Notes: a model not told the origin generated them from the sequence alone. A stretch of 63,257 nt of DNA, filler included, from Octopus bimaculoides (GCF_001194135.2; 7 parts of 7 records of this genome joined end to end with filler, not necessarily neighbours in it), one strand, 5' to 3'. Shown: positions 37,900 to 51,235, counted from the whole stretch's first letter. Made by a program: numbers and translations.

Positions 37900-38145
37900 C
37901 TGTATTAATCTGCTGCTGCTGAAATCAACCCCTTGCAGGCAGGAAGCAGTACTGACCACATCAAAACACTGTGTGTGAGCAGTGCAATGTCTCACTCTGT
38001 GCAGCACTGTATTTACAAATTTACCACTGAGAGGAATCTGGAAATACACTGTCAAATTCCTTGTATAAAAAATTATGCAGTTACTGAACCGCCCAATACC
38101 GGGCACAGAGCACAAACTGTCACTACTAAATCCGTCTGCAAGGGG
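37900..38145 (+). mobile_element. piggyBac transposase C-terminal Cys-rich domain and right end (decayed)
   Basis: ...NTVCEQCNVSLCAALYLQIYH* (stop 38028-30), then ...tccgtctgcaagggg|TTAA at 38146-49. Confidence 0.7.
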
Positions 38146-39440
38146 TTAATGAGAGCAAAATCCATTACTAACAGCATTGCTTATGAGTGTCAAAGCATAT
38201 TACATTCAAAATAATTTACACTACGGAAGACACTTGAAAAAACTGCATACGACAAAATAAAGTATGCCCATAGTTAAGCACCATGCATTCATCATCATAA
38301 TTATTTCGCATTCGTTTTCAAAGGTGGCATGGGTTGGATGGCTTGACAGAACTGGTAAGCTGGAGGGGGGGGAGGACTACAAGTTCCAGTCTGATTTTGC
38401 ATGGTTTCTATGGCTGGAGGCCCCTTCCTAATGCCATCCACTCCTAGAGTATAGTGGGTATTTTTTATGTGCCACCGGCACAAGTGCCAGTTACATGACA
38501 CTGGCATCAGCCATAACTATAATCTCACTTGGTTTGACAGGTCTTCTCAAGTACAATATTGCCCAACATTCAAAAGGTCATTCAACAATTAACATAAATC
38601 CAATTAAAGGTAATGCTTTGCAACTTCGTAGTAATCCTTATTATTAATATTGTTGATATATATAAATATATATCAAACCAATGATTAGTAATATTACGAA
38701 ACCAGTATGCTTTTAAATCTCTTTAACAACTCACAATAATGACTTTTATTACCTTTATTCCTACCTCAGTTCATTGTATTGTATATATCTTTCGTTACTT
38801 TTCATAAAAAGCCTCAACTTTTTTTTGATTTCCAATGTGCATTTTCGCTTATTTTTCTGCTTACTTTTCCCCTTACATTTCCACGTGTAGTTTCTATTTT
38901 GTTTTTGTAACATATTTCTATTATATATATATATATATATAGTATTTTTTTTCAAACACTGAATGGCCACGACAATCCAATAGAGAAAAATAGGAATCAA
39001 AGGCAGTCCTTAAGTAAAAAAAAATGGACGAGAACCACCGGTCTAATAGTTGTCTTCCTAGAAAGAACTGTTGCTTCCTGGAATTCACTACAATCGTCGN
39101 NNNNNNNNNNNNNNNNNNNNNNNNNNNNNNNNNNNNNNNNNNNNNNNNNNNNNNNNNNNNNNNNNNNNNNNNNNNNNNNNNNNNNNNNNNNNNNNNNNNN
39201 NNNNNNNNNNNNNNNNNNNNNNNNNNNNNNNNNNNNNNNNNNNNNNNNNNNNNNNNNNNNNNNNNNNNNNNNNNNNNNNNNNNNNNNNNNNNNNNNNNNN
39301 NNNNNNNNNNNNNNNNNNNNNNNNNNNNNNNNNNNNNNNNNNNNNNNNNNNNNNNNNNNNNNNNNNNNNNNNNNNNNNNNNNNNNNNNNNNNNNNNNNNN
39401 NNNNNNNNNNNNNNNNNNNNNNNNNNNNNNNTATGTATGT

Positions 39441-39628
39441 ATCCCTTAGCATTTAAACAAACCATATCCAGGGTCTGAATATTCTATCTGCTTTATGCTT
39501 AAACCAGTCGGATCCAATCTCTCACATCTACCCGACAATGTCACTCCAAAAATAAGCAACCACATCACTGAAATCTTGAATGCATGATTAATTCAAAACA
39601 ATGTGAAATAACCTGAATGGTTAAAGGG
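39441..39628 (+). mobile_element. piggyBac-type MITE copy
   Basis: cccttagcatttaaac...ctgaatggttaaaggg|TTAA, same body as the other copies. Confidence 0.7.
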
Positions 39629-39896
39629 TTAAGTATTTTGTCAATATCTTTAGGATTTGGAGCCCCCTTTTTCTTTCGCGTCTTTGTCGTCCCTTATGTT
39701 ACAGTGGCCTCGAGCCTTGTTCAAGACACAATCACACGGGAGAAAAAAAATATAACTGGAATATTTCTATTGTATATAAATTGAATTGACATCAAAATGA
39801 TCGGTATTCCACACTACTGAATGACAGATTCCACACTACTGAATCATGAATCAATAGGTCTCAACATTTTATACTAACTAAGGGACCCTTTTATTC

Positions 39897-40086
39897 AATC
39901 CTTTAGCATTTAACCCAGCTACATCCAGTTCAAATCTTCTACCCTGTTTCATGTTCAAACTGACCAGATCTAGCCTCTCACTCCTACTCTACAATCTCAT
40001 TCTGAAAATAAACAATCACATCTGTAAAATCTCAAAGCTACCAGAAAACACTTGATTAATTCAAAACAAATTAAAATAAGCATTAC

Positions 40087-40088
<2 letters not shown>
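39897..40088 (+). mobile_element. piggyBac-type MITE copy, 3'-truncated at (TA)n
   Basis: cctttagcatttaacccagctacatccagttcaaat...aaataagcattacat. Confidence 0.7.
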
Positions 40089-40125
<37 letters not shown>

Positions 40126-40133
40126 CACACACA

Positions 40134-40678
40134 CGAGGGTGAGTCAAAAAGTAATGCCATTTTGTTTAGGACAGGTATAATTACCAACTCAGGAACATGT
40201 ATCATACATCAAAATAAAGCTGGTCCTGTGGGTTACATCCCTACTTCTCAGCATAGTTACCATTTCTTTTAGTAGCAATGTTCCACCTTCGAATGAGAGC
40301 ATGTATCCCTGCCCCGTAAAATCCTGTTGACTGTTCTTTGAGCCACTTCTTCACTACAGTTTCCACTTTCTCCTCACTGGAATAATGTTTGCCTCTCAAA
40401 CCCTCTTTCGTGGGGCTGAAGAGATGATAGTCCAGTGAGGAGGAAGTGAAAACTGTAGTGAAGAAGTGGCTCAAAGAACAGTCAACAGAATTTTACAGGG
40501 CAGGGATACATGCTCATTCGAAGGTGGAACATTGCTATTGAAAGAAACGGCAACTATGTTGAGAAGTAGGGATGTGACCCACAGAGGACCAGCTTTATTT
40601 TGATGTATGATACATGTTCCTGTGTTGGTAATTATACCTGTCCTAAACAAAATGGCATTACTTTCTGACTCACCCTCA
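40134..40678. mobile_element. Mariner fold-back element, copy 1 (about 248-bp arms, 49-bp spacer)
   Basis: Arms 40134-40381 and 40431-40678 are reverse complements. Each encodes a mariner C-terminus (VKKWLKEQST.FY.AGIHAL.RRWNIA..RNGNY.EK*). The spacer encodes DYHLFSPTKEGLRGKHY on the minus strand. Confidence 0.92.
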
Positions 40679-40689
40679 TATATATATAT

Positions 40690-40887
40690 CTTTTGCATTT
40701 AAAAAAGCCATGTCCAGTCCAAATATTCTGTTTTGTGTTATAACCAGCCAAATCCCTATAATGTCATTCAAGAAATAAACAATCACAATATCAGAATCTC
40801 AAAGCTATGACATAATGCATGATTAATTCAAAAATAATGTGAATAAATAGGTTTTACATTTGACAGAGGAATCTGAATGCTGAAGGG
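40690..40887 (+). mobile_element. piggyBac-type MITE copy
   Basis: ttttgcatttaaaaaagcc...atctgaatgctgaaggg|TTAA. Confidence 0.7.
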
Positions 40888-41097
40888 TTAAATGAACATT
40901 TCCCTACAATATCGTTTGTTTCTAATCTTCCATGAAAAACATGTCTGGACATGGAGAAATGTTACCTGGCTTGGAAAGAGGTGAGGGTTGACAACAGGAA
41001 AGGCATTCAATTTTAGAAAACCTGCCTCACTGAATTCTGCCTGACCTATTACAAGCATGGAAAAGTGGACATTAAAACAAGGATATTGAAATATTAA

Positions 41098-41280
41098 CCC
41101 TTTAGCATTTAAACCAGCTATATCCAGCCCAAATATTCTACCCGTTTTATGTTCAAACCAGCCAGGTCTGGCCTCACACCTACCCTACAATGTCATTCCA
41201 AAAATAAACAATCAGGTCATCAAAATTTTAACGCTATGACAGGTTTTCGCAGAAGATTGAAAAAGGACAATGCTCAAGGG
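41098..41280 (+). mobile_element. piggyBac-type MITE copy with variant 3' half
   Basis: TTAA|ccctttagcatttaaacc...aatgctcaaggg|TTAA. Confidence 0.75.
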
Positions 41281-43760
41281 TTAAAATGTGTCCCGCTTGT
41301 AAAAAAAAAAAAAACCTAGCAGGACGACAGACCCATTAAGCAGATTAGGTTCCCCAGGGAGGAGACAAAGAAGCTCCAACAGCAGCAAATACAAAACCCA
41401 AGTCAAAAGCGAAGGCAAATTAAGTGCACTACTCACAGATCCATTCATAAATAATCACCAACAGATATACCATCGTTTTAACCTCTTAACATATCATCCC
41501 ACATATTTTCATTCAGAGATGTCTAGTAAATACAGAATTGGTCCCTAGAGCAGTGGAAGAATGTTATTTTCTTGGACGAGTCATCCTTGAATGAAAATAT
41601 ATATTCACTGCATTCTGAGATATCTGTCCCTTATTTCTAACCTGAAATACTTTGTTTATGATAGAAAACAGGAATAACATCATTAACAGGTGTCCGTAAC
41701 AATCATTTCTATCAGTAATTTCATAAGTCTTAAGTGATCCAAAATAATTTTTGTACTTATTCTTACTGATACAGATTCAAGATAAATTTTTTTTTAATTA
41801 TTTTTTTGAATGAAAATTTAGAAAAAAAAATGTGTATGTTAAGAGGTTAACATCCACTTTTCCATGCTTGCAGGGGTGAAACAGAGTTTATTTTAATGGC
41901 CAGATGCCCTTACCGATGCCAAGCTTCACCTGTTTCCAAGGTGATATTCTTCATCACCAGACACTTTTTCATGGAAGATTCGAAAGGACACAACTTGCAT
42001 GTTGGTGATGTTTGTTTACAACCATCATGTGATGTCAAGACAAGGAGATAGGAACACACAAACACATGCACAGTCCTTTTAAACATTAAACCACACCATC
42101 TTTCAGTAGGAAACATTTCTGACACCGAAATATAAATCACAACTTAAAATGGAAGAATTCTACGTCAAACACACTGTTGTCTATTTAACCAATATACTTA
42201 AAAGCACAGGTGTGGCTGTGTGGTAAGAAGCTTGCTTCCCAATTACATGGTTCTGGGTTCAGTCCCACTGTGTGGCACCTTAGCTAAGTGTCTTCTACTA
42301 TAGCCTTGAGCTAACTAAAGCCTTGTGAGTGGATCTGATAGATGGAAACTGAAAGAAGCCCATCATGACACACACACAAAGAACCCAGCCCACTGTGTAT
42401 AGTTGTTGGTATTTGGAAGGGCGTCCAACAGTAAAAACCATGCAAAAACAGACCTTGCCGATGCTGGTGCCACTCTGTAAAGTGGACCTTACATCTGGAG
42501 TAAAACATGCCAAAACAAACACAAGTTTGACACAGTCCTTTGGTTTACCGACTCCTGTTGAACTAACCAACCCATGCCAGCATGAAAAACTTTAATGACA
42601 CTGGTTTATTTACATCTAAATGTACGTACTTCTTCACCTGCCTCCCATTAAATATCTTCTATAATAGATTAGCAGCATAGCTGAGTGGCAAGAAGTTTAC
42701 TTCCCAATCACATGGTTCCAAGTTTAGTCCCACTGTGTGGCCCCTTAGGCAAGTGTCTTCTACTACAGCCTCGGGAAGCCAGCCAAAACCTTTTGAGCGG
42801 ATTTGGTAGACGGAAACTGAAAGGTGTGTGTGTGTGTCCATCACTGCTTGACAACTGGTGTTGGTGTGTTTATGTTTCCATTACATTGAATCAGCACAAG
42901 AGACTGATAGAATAAGTACTAGGCTTTAAAAAAAAGTACTGATATCAATTCGTTTGACTAAAACTCTTCAAGCTGGTGCCCCAGTATGGCCAACAGTCTA
43001 ATGACTGAAACAAGTAAAAGATAATCCACTAAATAGGATTAAGCACTAGCCATTAAGGAAACCGTTTGGGTACCATAAACGGTTATATTATACTCTTTTA
43101 GTAAATGCCAATTCTTGTTCAATTCAGTACCTTACTTATATATTGCTAATAGCTCCTAAGTTACGCCTGGTATCTATTTATAAAATTGTCTAAGCTCCTA
43201 CTCTCAGCTCATTAATACCTATGATACCCAAAGTAGATTTCACCAGTGCTGGTACTGTGTAAACAGTACCCAGTTTACTCTGTAAAGTGGTTGGTATTAG
43301 GAAGGGCATCCAGCCATAAAAACCATGCCAAAACAGACAGTAAAACCTAGTGCAGATCTCCAGCTGTTGTCAAACTGTAACTCATGCCAGCAAGGAAAGC
43401 ATATCACATGACGATGAGGATATCTACTTGCCAAAAAGAACCCTGGCTCTGTGATATAAAGTGCCTGTTTTACATCTAAATAAAAGCCTTCCATCAACAT
43501 TTCATGTTAATTTAAATTCCAGCTTAATAAGGACAAAGTTACTTTACCAAATTCCTGCAGGACTCTTATACAATAAAAGCCATTGGGAACAAACCCCATC
43601 TGGTTAATCTCACAAAGGGACCAGAGTTTCTCAAATGAGAAATATTTCCCCTGAGTAAATGATGACTGGCTACAAATACTAAACCTATGGAGTGTGTGTA
43701 CACAAATGGATTGGTACATTTCCTACCATCATCTGCATCTAAAGAAAGCCTTCCAACCGG

Positions 43761-43952
43761 TCAACATTCAGATTAATTTGTCAAATGTAATGCTTATTTA
43801 TTCACATTGCATTATCTCATAGCTTCAAGATTCCAATGATGTGATTATTTTTAGAATGACATTATAGGGTGGGTGTGAGAGACTGGATCTGGCTGATTTG
43901 AACATACAATAGAATATTTGGGCCTGGTATGGCCTTTTTAAATTCTAAAGGG
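43761..43952 (-). mobile_element. piggyBac-type MITE copy (reverse orientation)
   Basis: The reverse complement begins TTAA-ccctttagaatttaaaaaggcc and ends with caaattaatctgaatg. Confidence 0.7.
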
Positions 43953-45649
43953 TTAAGAATAACCCCTTCACAATTGATAGAATTAACCCATAGCTCTACA
44001 CCATCAGACAGTCAAGCATAAGAATGGCAGATCAAGAGAATTGTTGGAACGTCAGGAAAAAATAGTTCGTGAGACTTTTCTTAAATTTTTTTTCTGGTAG
44101 TTTGTTCAAATCCTACCAAATTTAACTCTCCAATTTATCCTTTGGGGATTTGATAAAATAAAGTACTCGTCAAAGTCAAAATCTATTATGGGGTGGGGTT
44201 GAATGGTGCTGCTAAGGCTCCTCTCCCTTCAAAATTACTGTCCTTGTGCTTAAAACAGAACCAACTACAAACATGGCTGCGCTTTGGGTCTTGCTACGTT
44301 ATTTTAGGATTGACTTCGATCAAGCCTATTGTACTTATCCCCTTTTATCTGCACGAAGGAGCATGGCCTAATAGTTAGAGTGCAGTATTCACAATTGTAA
44401 AACCATGGTTCCAACTCCAAGACCATGCAGTGCGTTGAGTTCTTGAGTAAAACGTTTCATATTTTGCTCCAGTTAACCGAATAACCGGCCCCTATGAGTT
44501 CTAGGAATCGAGGCAGTTATTGTCCTAATATGCATTGCATCTGCATAAGCATTTCCTATTAAACATTACAGCCAGCCATTCATTTAGAAGACTGAAAACT
44601 ACGAAACTTCCATGTTACAAACCTCGAATTTATCAAACGCCCGCAGTAACTGGCACCCACACTTTCTACTCGTATCCCACACTTTCTACTCATGTCTACC
44701 TTTCCGATGTGAAGGGGTCACCACATATAGGACAATGCCCTCTTTCAGATACAACCACAAAAAAAGAAAAGGGCAGAGGTAAAGAATACATACACCACCT
44801 GTTTTCGGCGTAACAAAAACCTTAACCTTAACCGCCGAGTGTACATATTCTTTACTTTCGCCAAAGAAAACAACCCACAAACACACAAAACACAGGAATA
44901 ATCGACCATTATTGAAAGTTATTCACTGGAGAAATAACCTAGCTACCAACTGCCAGTACCACCACCACCACACTATGAACGAAATACAAGCTAGGAATAA
45001 ATAACGTTACCATTTTTATAATATATTAATATACACCGACCACAACATTATAAATAATAAAAATAAAGGCCAGCAAACACAGCCTTCATATTATTATCCT
45101 AGCTTCGACTAATAAACGACATCATTCATGACTGAAAGGAAGAACCAGCCACAATGGCAGATTCCAGCAATAGCCGTCACATGGTTCTCAAGTCCCAAGA
45201 TTTCAATCAAGACAGGAATGAAATAAAAACCAAATACCTTCTCGTTTATTTATTTACTTTTTATCAATTATTAAGATTATTATTATTATTTTCCTTTGCC
45301 CGGTTTTAGAATAATAATAAAAAAGCTTGCTACAACAGTAGTAGTATTAGAAGGAAAATGGTTAAGTTGGAGTTGGCGAGGGGAGAATGTATTTGCTAAA
45401 TGGCGAGTGTAAGAAAGAAAATGAATGAATACGGAGAAATAGTCATTTTGTATAATAGGAGAGAGAGAGAAAGAGTGACAGATAGCTAGTCATAGGAAAC
45501 AAGGATAGCAATTAGTATACTGAGCAGATAATTAAACAGATAAATGGAGCGGTGTATATATAGTGTACTTACACAATATATCTACCCTATATGCATATAA
45601 TATAGATATATACACACACTATATGCCTACAGATTTATACATAAATATA

Positions 45650-45697
<48 letters not shown>

Positions 45698-47192
45698 TAT
45701 ATGCATTACACACACATGTATATACTATATAGACATATATAAATACACTGTATATTATATTATACAGAGAGAGATATACATACACACTATATCTTACAAT
45801 TAATTGGCAGAAGTTACAAGAGTTACTCAAGGGTCAGAATTTCGTTTACTGGCACTTATCAAACTATACACTATATTATATATATACATACACTATAATA
45901 TATATATACTACACTTTGACCTTAGCATACACTATATACAGAGGGGCGTATTTTGGTGCAAAAAGCGGTGGGGAAATACATGTAGCAGAAGGAATTTAGT
46001 CGTTTAGAAGAAGCTGAGGATTGGCTCTGATGTTGCTCCCAGTTTCTCGTTTGTGTCGGCTCAGGTGACAAAATGTGTGTATATTTGGATGAAGATGGAG
46101 ACTCAACGAATATCTATACTGTAATGGAAAAAACTGTATACACACACACGAGGAGCTCTGAAGATTGAGAGTGTTATCACTATCTATGCATACATACATT
46201 ATTTTACACACACACACACACACATATATAATTATGTGTATTTCTTCTATCTTAATGAATAAAAATTCTTCTGATAGAATAAATGGGTTAATAGAAACCA
46301 ATGTAGCAAAGAACACAAAATAACTGTGGTTTAGTTCCTGTTTTTAAGGCAGGAACTCCTTGAAATTTTGGGTATTTGTGTATATTTAAGAATTTAAGGA
46401 TTGGAGAAAACGCATGTTATAATTGCATACTTTATTCCTACATATGTTTCAAAGGATTACAACCTGTGTGATCCATAGGGATCATTGATATTAAAATTGT
46501 AACCTTCTCATCAGGGAAAGCATGGGAATCATCTTAAACGTAAGACATTATGACCGATTACACAGGTTGTAATCCTTTGAAACATATGTAGGAATAACAT
46601 GCGTTTTCTCCATTCCTTAAATTCTTTATATATATACATATATATATATACATATATATACATATATATATACATATATATACATATATATATATGTATA
46701 CACACACACACACACACTACAACCATATCAACACACACACACACTACAACCATGTCCACACACGCACACACAACCATATTCACACACAACACACACACAC
46801 AACTAGCTACACAGGTAGATTTTCAATCAAATTGACTAAAATATGGAGGTTGTGGATGGAAATCGGCTCCAGTCACATTTTCAAGTAAAAGAAAGATTTG
46901 CTGACGTTCTCATTAACCGTGTTATTTTCCAGTCAACTGAAGTGAAAAAGCTAAAACCTTATTTAGTAAAATCAGTGATGGGATAAGGAACTGGATACCT
47001 CTATCGTTAAACCAGTTCTTGTGACGATGCCATGTAAGGGGGGGGGTAAGAAATTCGCTTTGCAACCACGTGGTTTCCAGTTCAATCCCGCTGTGTGACA
47101 GAAAGTATATTATTCTCTTGGGCCAACCAATGCCTTGTGAATGGATTTGGTAGATAGAAACTGTATGGAAGCCGTAATACACACACACACAC

Positions 47193-47279
<87 letters not shown>

Positions 47280-48601
47280 TGTTTCCCATACACTAGTGAT
47301 GGTTTACGTCCCCAGAACTTAGCGGTTCGATCTAAGAGGCTGATAAAATAAGTACAGATTTTCAAACAAACAAAAAAAATACTGGTGACGAATTGTTCGA
47401 CAACAAAAAACCCCTTTAAGTCGGTGCTCCAGCATGGCCGCAGTAGAAATGACTGAAGAAACTAAATGCAAAAAAATCTCACTTCAAGGATACGTAAAAA
47501 CACAAATGTGAACGCCAGTCATAGAAATGTAGGCTTCCCAATCAATCAAACTCCTGCTATTTCTCTCTCCCATTCCTGCTAGGTCAAGGCCTTCTTTCTC
47601 ACCCCCTTCATAAATATAAATCTCACTTTCTGAATATCCCCCCCCCCCTATGAACAAATTTTCGCAATATTACCGCGGTTCTTTTAGTGCGTGCTCGCAG
47701 ATGTTGGTGCGTATATATAATGAATGCACCAGAAACTAAATGTACCACCGCCCTGGTCCTTTATCTTAATACCAATGAACCGTTAAAATCGTTTGTTTTT
47801 TTTTAACTTGGGGAGCTCAACCGAAATCATGTTGGGCCATTGCATGTTATTTTACAGAAACTCCACATGCCCACCTCTCCCACGGACCACGAAGGTATTT
47901 TGATCAAATGCATTCCAACCGTGACCTGGTCTACAATGTCTAATATGTCTTGACCATAGTTATATGACAATAGGGGTGGTTTTTAGAGTGTAGGCTGCTA
48001 TTTCTAACAGTTCAAGCAACAACGTAGCGGTACCTTTGTTGGCTCGTACCGTATTGAACTGTACCCGATGACAGTAACCGCTTCTACCCAAGTAGCATGA
48101 GACACTGACATGGCGTCGTAGCATGTACGTCATGTGTGTGTGTGTGTGTGTAGGTGCAAGAATTACTATTGTAGTTCAGAAAAAAACCCACTTGGACAAG
48201 GATTTTCTATTGCAACCCCGGACCAACCAACGCCTATGTGGAAGCCCGTTTCTTTGTCCCCCAGCCCACAGCACCACCTGGCAAAAGAAACCGACAGAAC
48301 GTGTACAGGGATCGATTTGCTCGACTAAAAGAAGGGTTCTTAACCCTGTTTTATCTATGGATCCGTTCGATTATTTTATTCTGGCGGACCCCCAGAACCT
48401 TTCGATGTTTAACAACTTTCAAACAAAATTCCTATTTTGTTTTTCACACATTAACTTGTGTAGGTTGAACTCGGTAAAATGTTAGACGGAAAAACCTAGT
48501 TGTTTCTTACAATATATCTAAAGCAAAATTTTTTCGGGGGCCCTTAAAATACTATCCTGGTTCCCCAATTTACTATTTTATTACGTGGACCTCCAAAAAT
48601 A

Positions 48602-48733
48602 GGTAATTCTTCAGATTAACACCCGCACGATCTTCACTAGGGTGTTAGGGTTAGTGTTTTAGGGAATTCTAACCGTAACCGTAACCCTAACACCCTAGTG
48701 AAGATCGTGCGGGTGTTAATCTGAAAAATTACC
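48602..48733. mobile_element. 132-bp hairpin MITE with GGTAA termini, about 8-bp TSD and telomere-like core (Merlin-like, tentative)
   Basis: 52-bp arms with one mismatch, ending in ...gtgttagggtta / taaccctaacac.... Flanks caaaaata / caaaaatc. It sits inside a truncated hAT-like MITE ending ggttgagaaacactg. Confidence 0.75.
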
Positions 48734-50161
48734 CAAAAATCTTATCTGGACACCGGTTGAGAAACACTGAATAAAACCCTTCAGGCCGGTACCACAACGT
48801 GGCTCAGTAAATATGACTGCAGCTACGTAAAAAAGCTCTGTGTGTGTGTGTGTTTGTTCGTACCATCTTTGACCATCCCATCGTATATTTCAGACACTGA
48901 AACCGTCGAGCTCATTTTTCTTTTAACCTTTGGCCATATCACATGCAATACTCAGGACCTATTTCCCTCAAGTCCATGCATTATATATCATATACATTCC
49001 CTTTTTTTTTCTTAGCTACTACAGTAACTTGGGACTTGTGAAAGGAAAGCTCGGAGCGTATGAAACAAGGACCATCTGAAAGTCTGACGACAACCATGGA
49101 CTTTTAATGGGACAGGCAAAGGGTTAAGGTGAGATACGAGGGAGACTTGGCAGTTACTTCAAGTAGGTTGAGAGAACGTGTAAGAAGCCTCTTCGTTAAT
49201 TGCTTCAGTGATCGGCCAAAGTTTTTAAAGAACCTGTCCCTTCGTAATCACACTTTATGGGAGAAGAAAAAGGGCACAGAAGTGAAGTGGGAACAAAAAT
49301 TATTAAAAACTGAAATTGAGGGAGGGGAAAAACGACACTTGCTTCTTTTCCGTGAAGTATAGGGCTTCCAAGAACATCGTGGTAAGTTGTAGCCAGGGTA
49401 AAAACATATTGCCGAAAGAGGATATATTAATCTTCTATCTTTTACTTGTTTCAGTCGTCAGACTACGGCCATGCTGGGGTACCGCCTTGAACAATTTTTA
49501 GTCGAGTGAATCGACTCCAGTACTTATTCTATTGGGTTTTTCGCCCAATCGTTAAGTCACGGGGACGTAAATACACCAACACCGATTATCAAGCAGGATC
49601 AGGGACACACACAAATACACACGTACACACGACAGGCTTCTTTCAGTTTCCATCAACCAAATCCATTCCTAAGGATTTCATCGGTGCGAGGTTATAGTAG
49701 GACACTTGCCCAAAGTGCCACACAGAAGTACTGAACCCGGAACTATGTGGTTGGAAAGCAAACTTCTTACCACACAGCCACGCTTGCGTCTAAAATATAT
49801 ATTTGAAAAAAAACCTGCAAAAACATTCATTTGAAATTAATGGTGTTTTAACCAAAAACTTTCCGGATGTTTGTTTCATAACGCTGCCTCAATTGCACGT
49901 GAATATTCAATATGGGAGGTTTTAACACAACTCCAGCTTATTTACATGTGCTTCAAAAAGGAAAAAACATCACAATTGTTTCGAGTTCATTAATAAAAGA
50001 CATTTGATCTGTGTAACATAATACGTGACTGTGTGCTAAGAAGCTTGCTTGCCAACCACATGGTTTCGGATTCAGTCCCACTGCGTGGCATCTTGGGAAA
50101 GTGCCTTCCGATCAAAGTTTTGTGAGAAGATTTGGTAGACGGAAACTAAAAGAAGCCTGTC

Positions 50162-50208
<47 letters not shown>

Positions 50209-50310
50209 NNNNNNNNNNNNNNNNNNNNNNNNNNNNNNNNNNNNNNNNNNNNTTAATTAATTAANNNNNNNNNNNNNNNNNNNNNNNNNNNNNNNNNNNN
50301 NNNNNNNNAT

Positions 50311-50505
50311 GCCTAGTATCATCGGGTGTTTCGAGACTTTCAACGTCAAACACCCTCCTCCGATGACCCAGCTGGGGGCTGATCAGACCCCAGCTTGTGT
50401 CCAGATGGCCAAATAGCTACCCCATGGCTCTCCTTTTTTGATCCACAACCATCTTGAGGCCCTCTCTGCCGCATAGGTGGTACTGCGGACAGCCTTCCTC
50501 CTTAC
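50311..50505 (-). mobile_element. 3' end of a Hero/R2-group (RLE) non-LTR retrotransposon
   Basis: VRRKAVRSTTYAAERASRWLWIKKGEPWGSYLAIWTQAGV* followed by a 3' UTR. Confidence 0.75.
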
Positions 50506-50571
50506 TTACCTGTGTATACAGACACACACATACATACATACATACATACATACATACAAACATACATATAT

Positions 50572-50617
<46 letters not shown>

Positions 50618-51129
50618 TCTTTTTTTACTCTTTTACTTGTTTCAGTCATTTGACTGNNNNNNNNNNNNNNNNNNNNNNNNNNNNNNNNNNNNNNNNNNNN
50701 NNNNNNNNNNNNNNNNNNNNNNNNNNNNNNNNNNNNNNNNNNNNNNNNNNNNNNNNNNNNNNNNNNNNNNNNNNNNNNNNNNNNNNNNNNNNNNNNNNNN
50801 NNNNNNNNNNNNNNNNNNNNNNNNNNNNNNNNNNNNNNNNNNNNNNNNNNNNNNNNNNNNNNNNNNNNNNNNNNNNNNNNNNNNNNNNNNNNNNNNNNNN
50901 NNNNNNNNNNNNNNNNNNNNNNNNNNNNNNNNNNNNNNNNNNNNNNNNNNNNNNNNNNNNNNNNNNNNNNNNNNNNNNNNNNNNNNNNNNNNNNNNNNNN
51001 NNNNNNNNNNNNNNNNNNNNNNNNNNNNNNNNNNNNNNNNNNNNNNNNNNNNNNNNNNNNNNNNNNNNNNNNNNNNNNNNNNNNNNNNNNNNNNNNNNNN
51101 NNAAATTTATAAAAACGAAAGTGGATAAA

Positions 51130-51235
51130 AGACTACGCGCGTTTCATGGCCACATAAAAGTGGAAAAGATCTGGTCAATCCACAATGAATCGATGAAGAT
51201 AAATACCACTCATAATGGGGACACTCTTCAGGTCT
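51130..51235 (-). ncRNA. Minimal type I hammerhead ribozyme fold 3 (Penelope-like terminal repeat)
   Basis: Minus strand: agac CTGAAGA gtg[long imperfect stem II]cat GAAA cgcgcg TA gtct. Confidence 0.65.

Noticed and set aside
44701-44742. GHCPICGDPFTSE CxxC peptide followed by a gtagac donor (- strand)
   Set aside because: Weak acceptor and no phase-compatible upstream exon; could be chance.
45011-45400. Putative minus-strand first exon ending aaaaATG|gtaacg, and a similar caaaATG|gtaaag at about 5659 on the plus strand
   Set aside because: Plausible promoters, but no phase-0 second exon could be linked, so not supportable as features.
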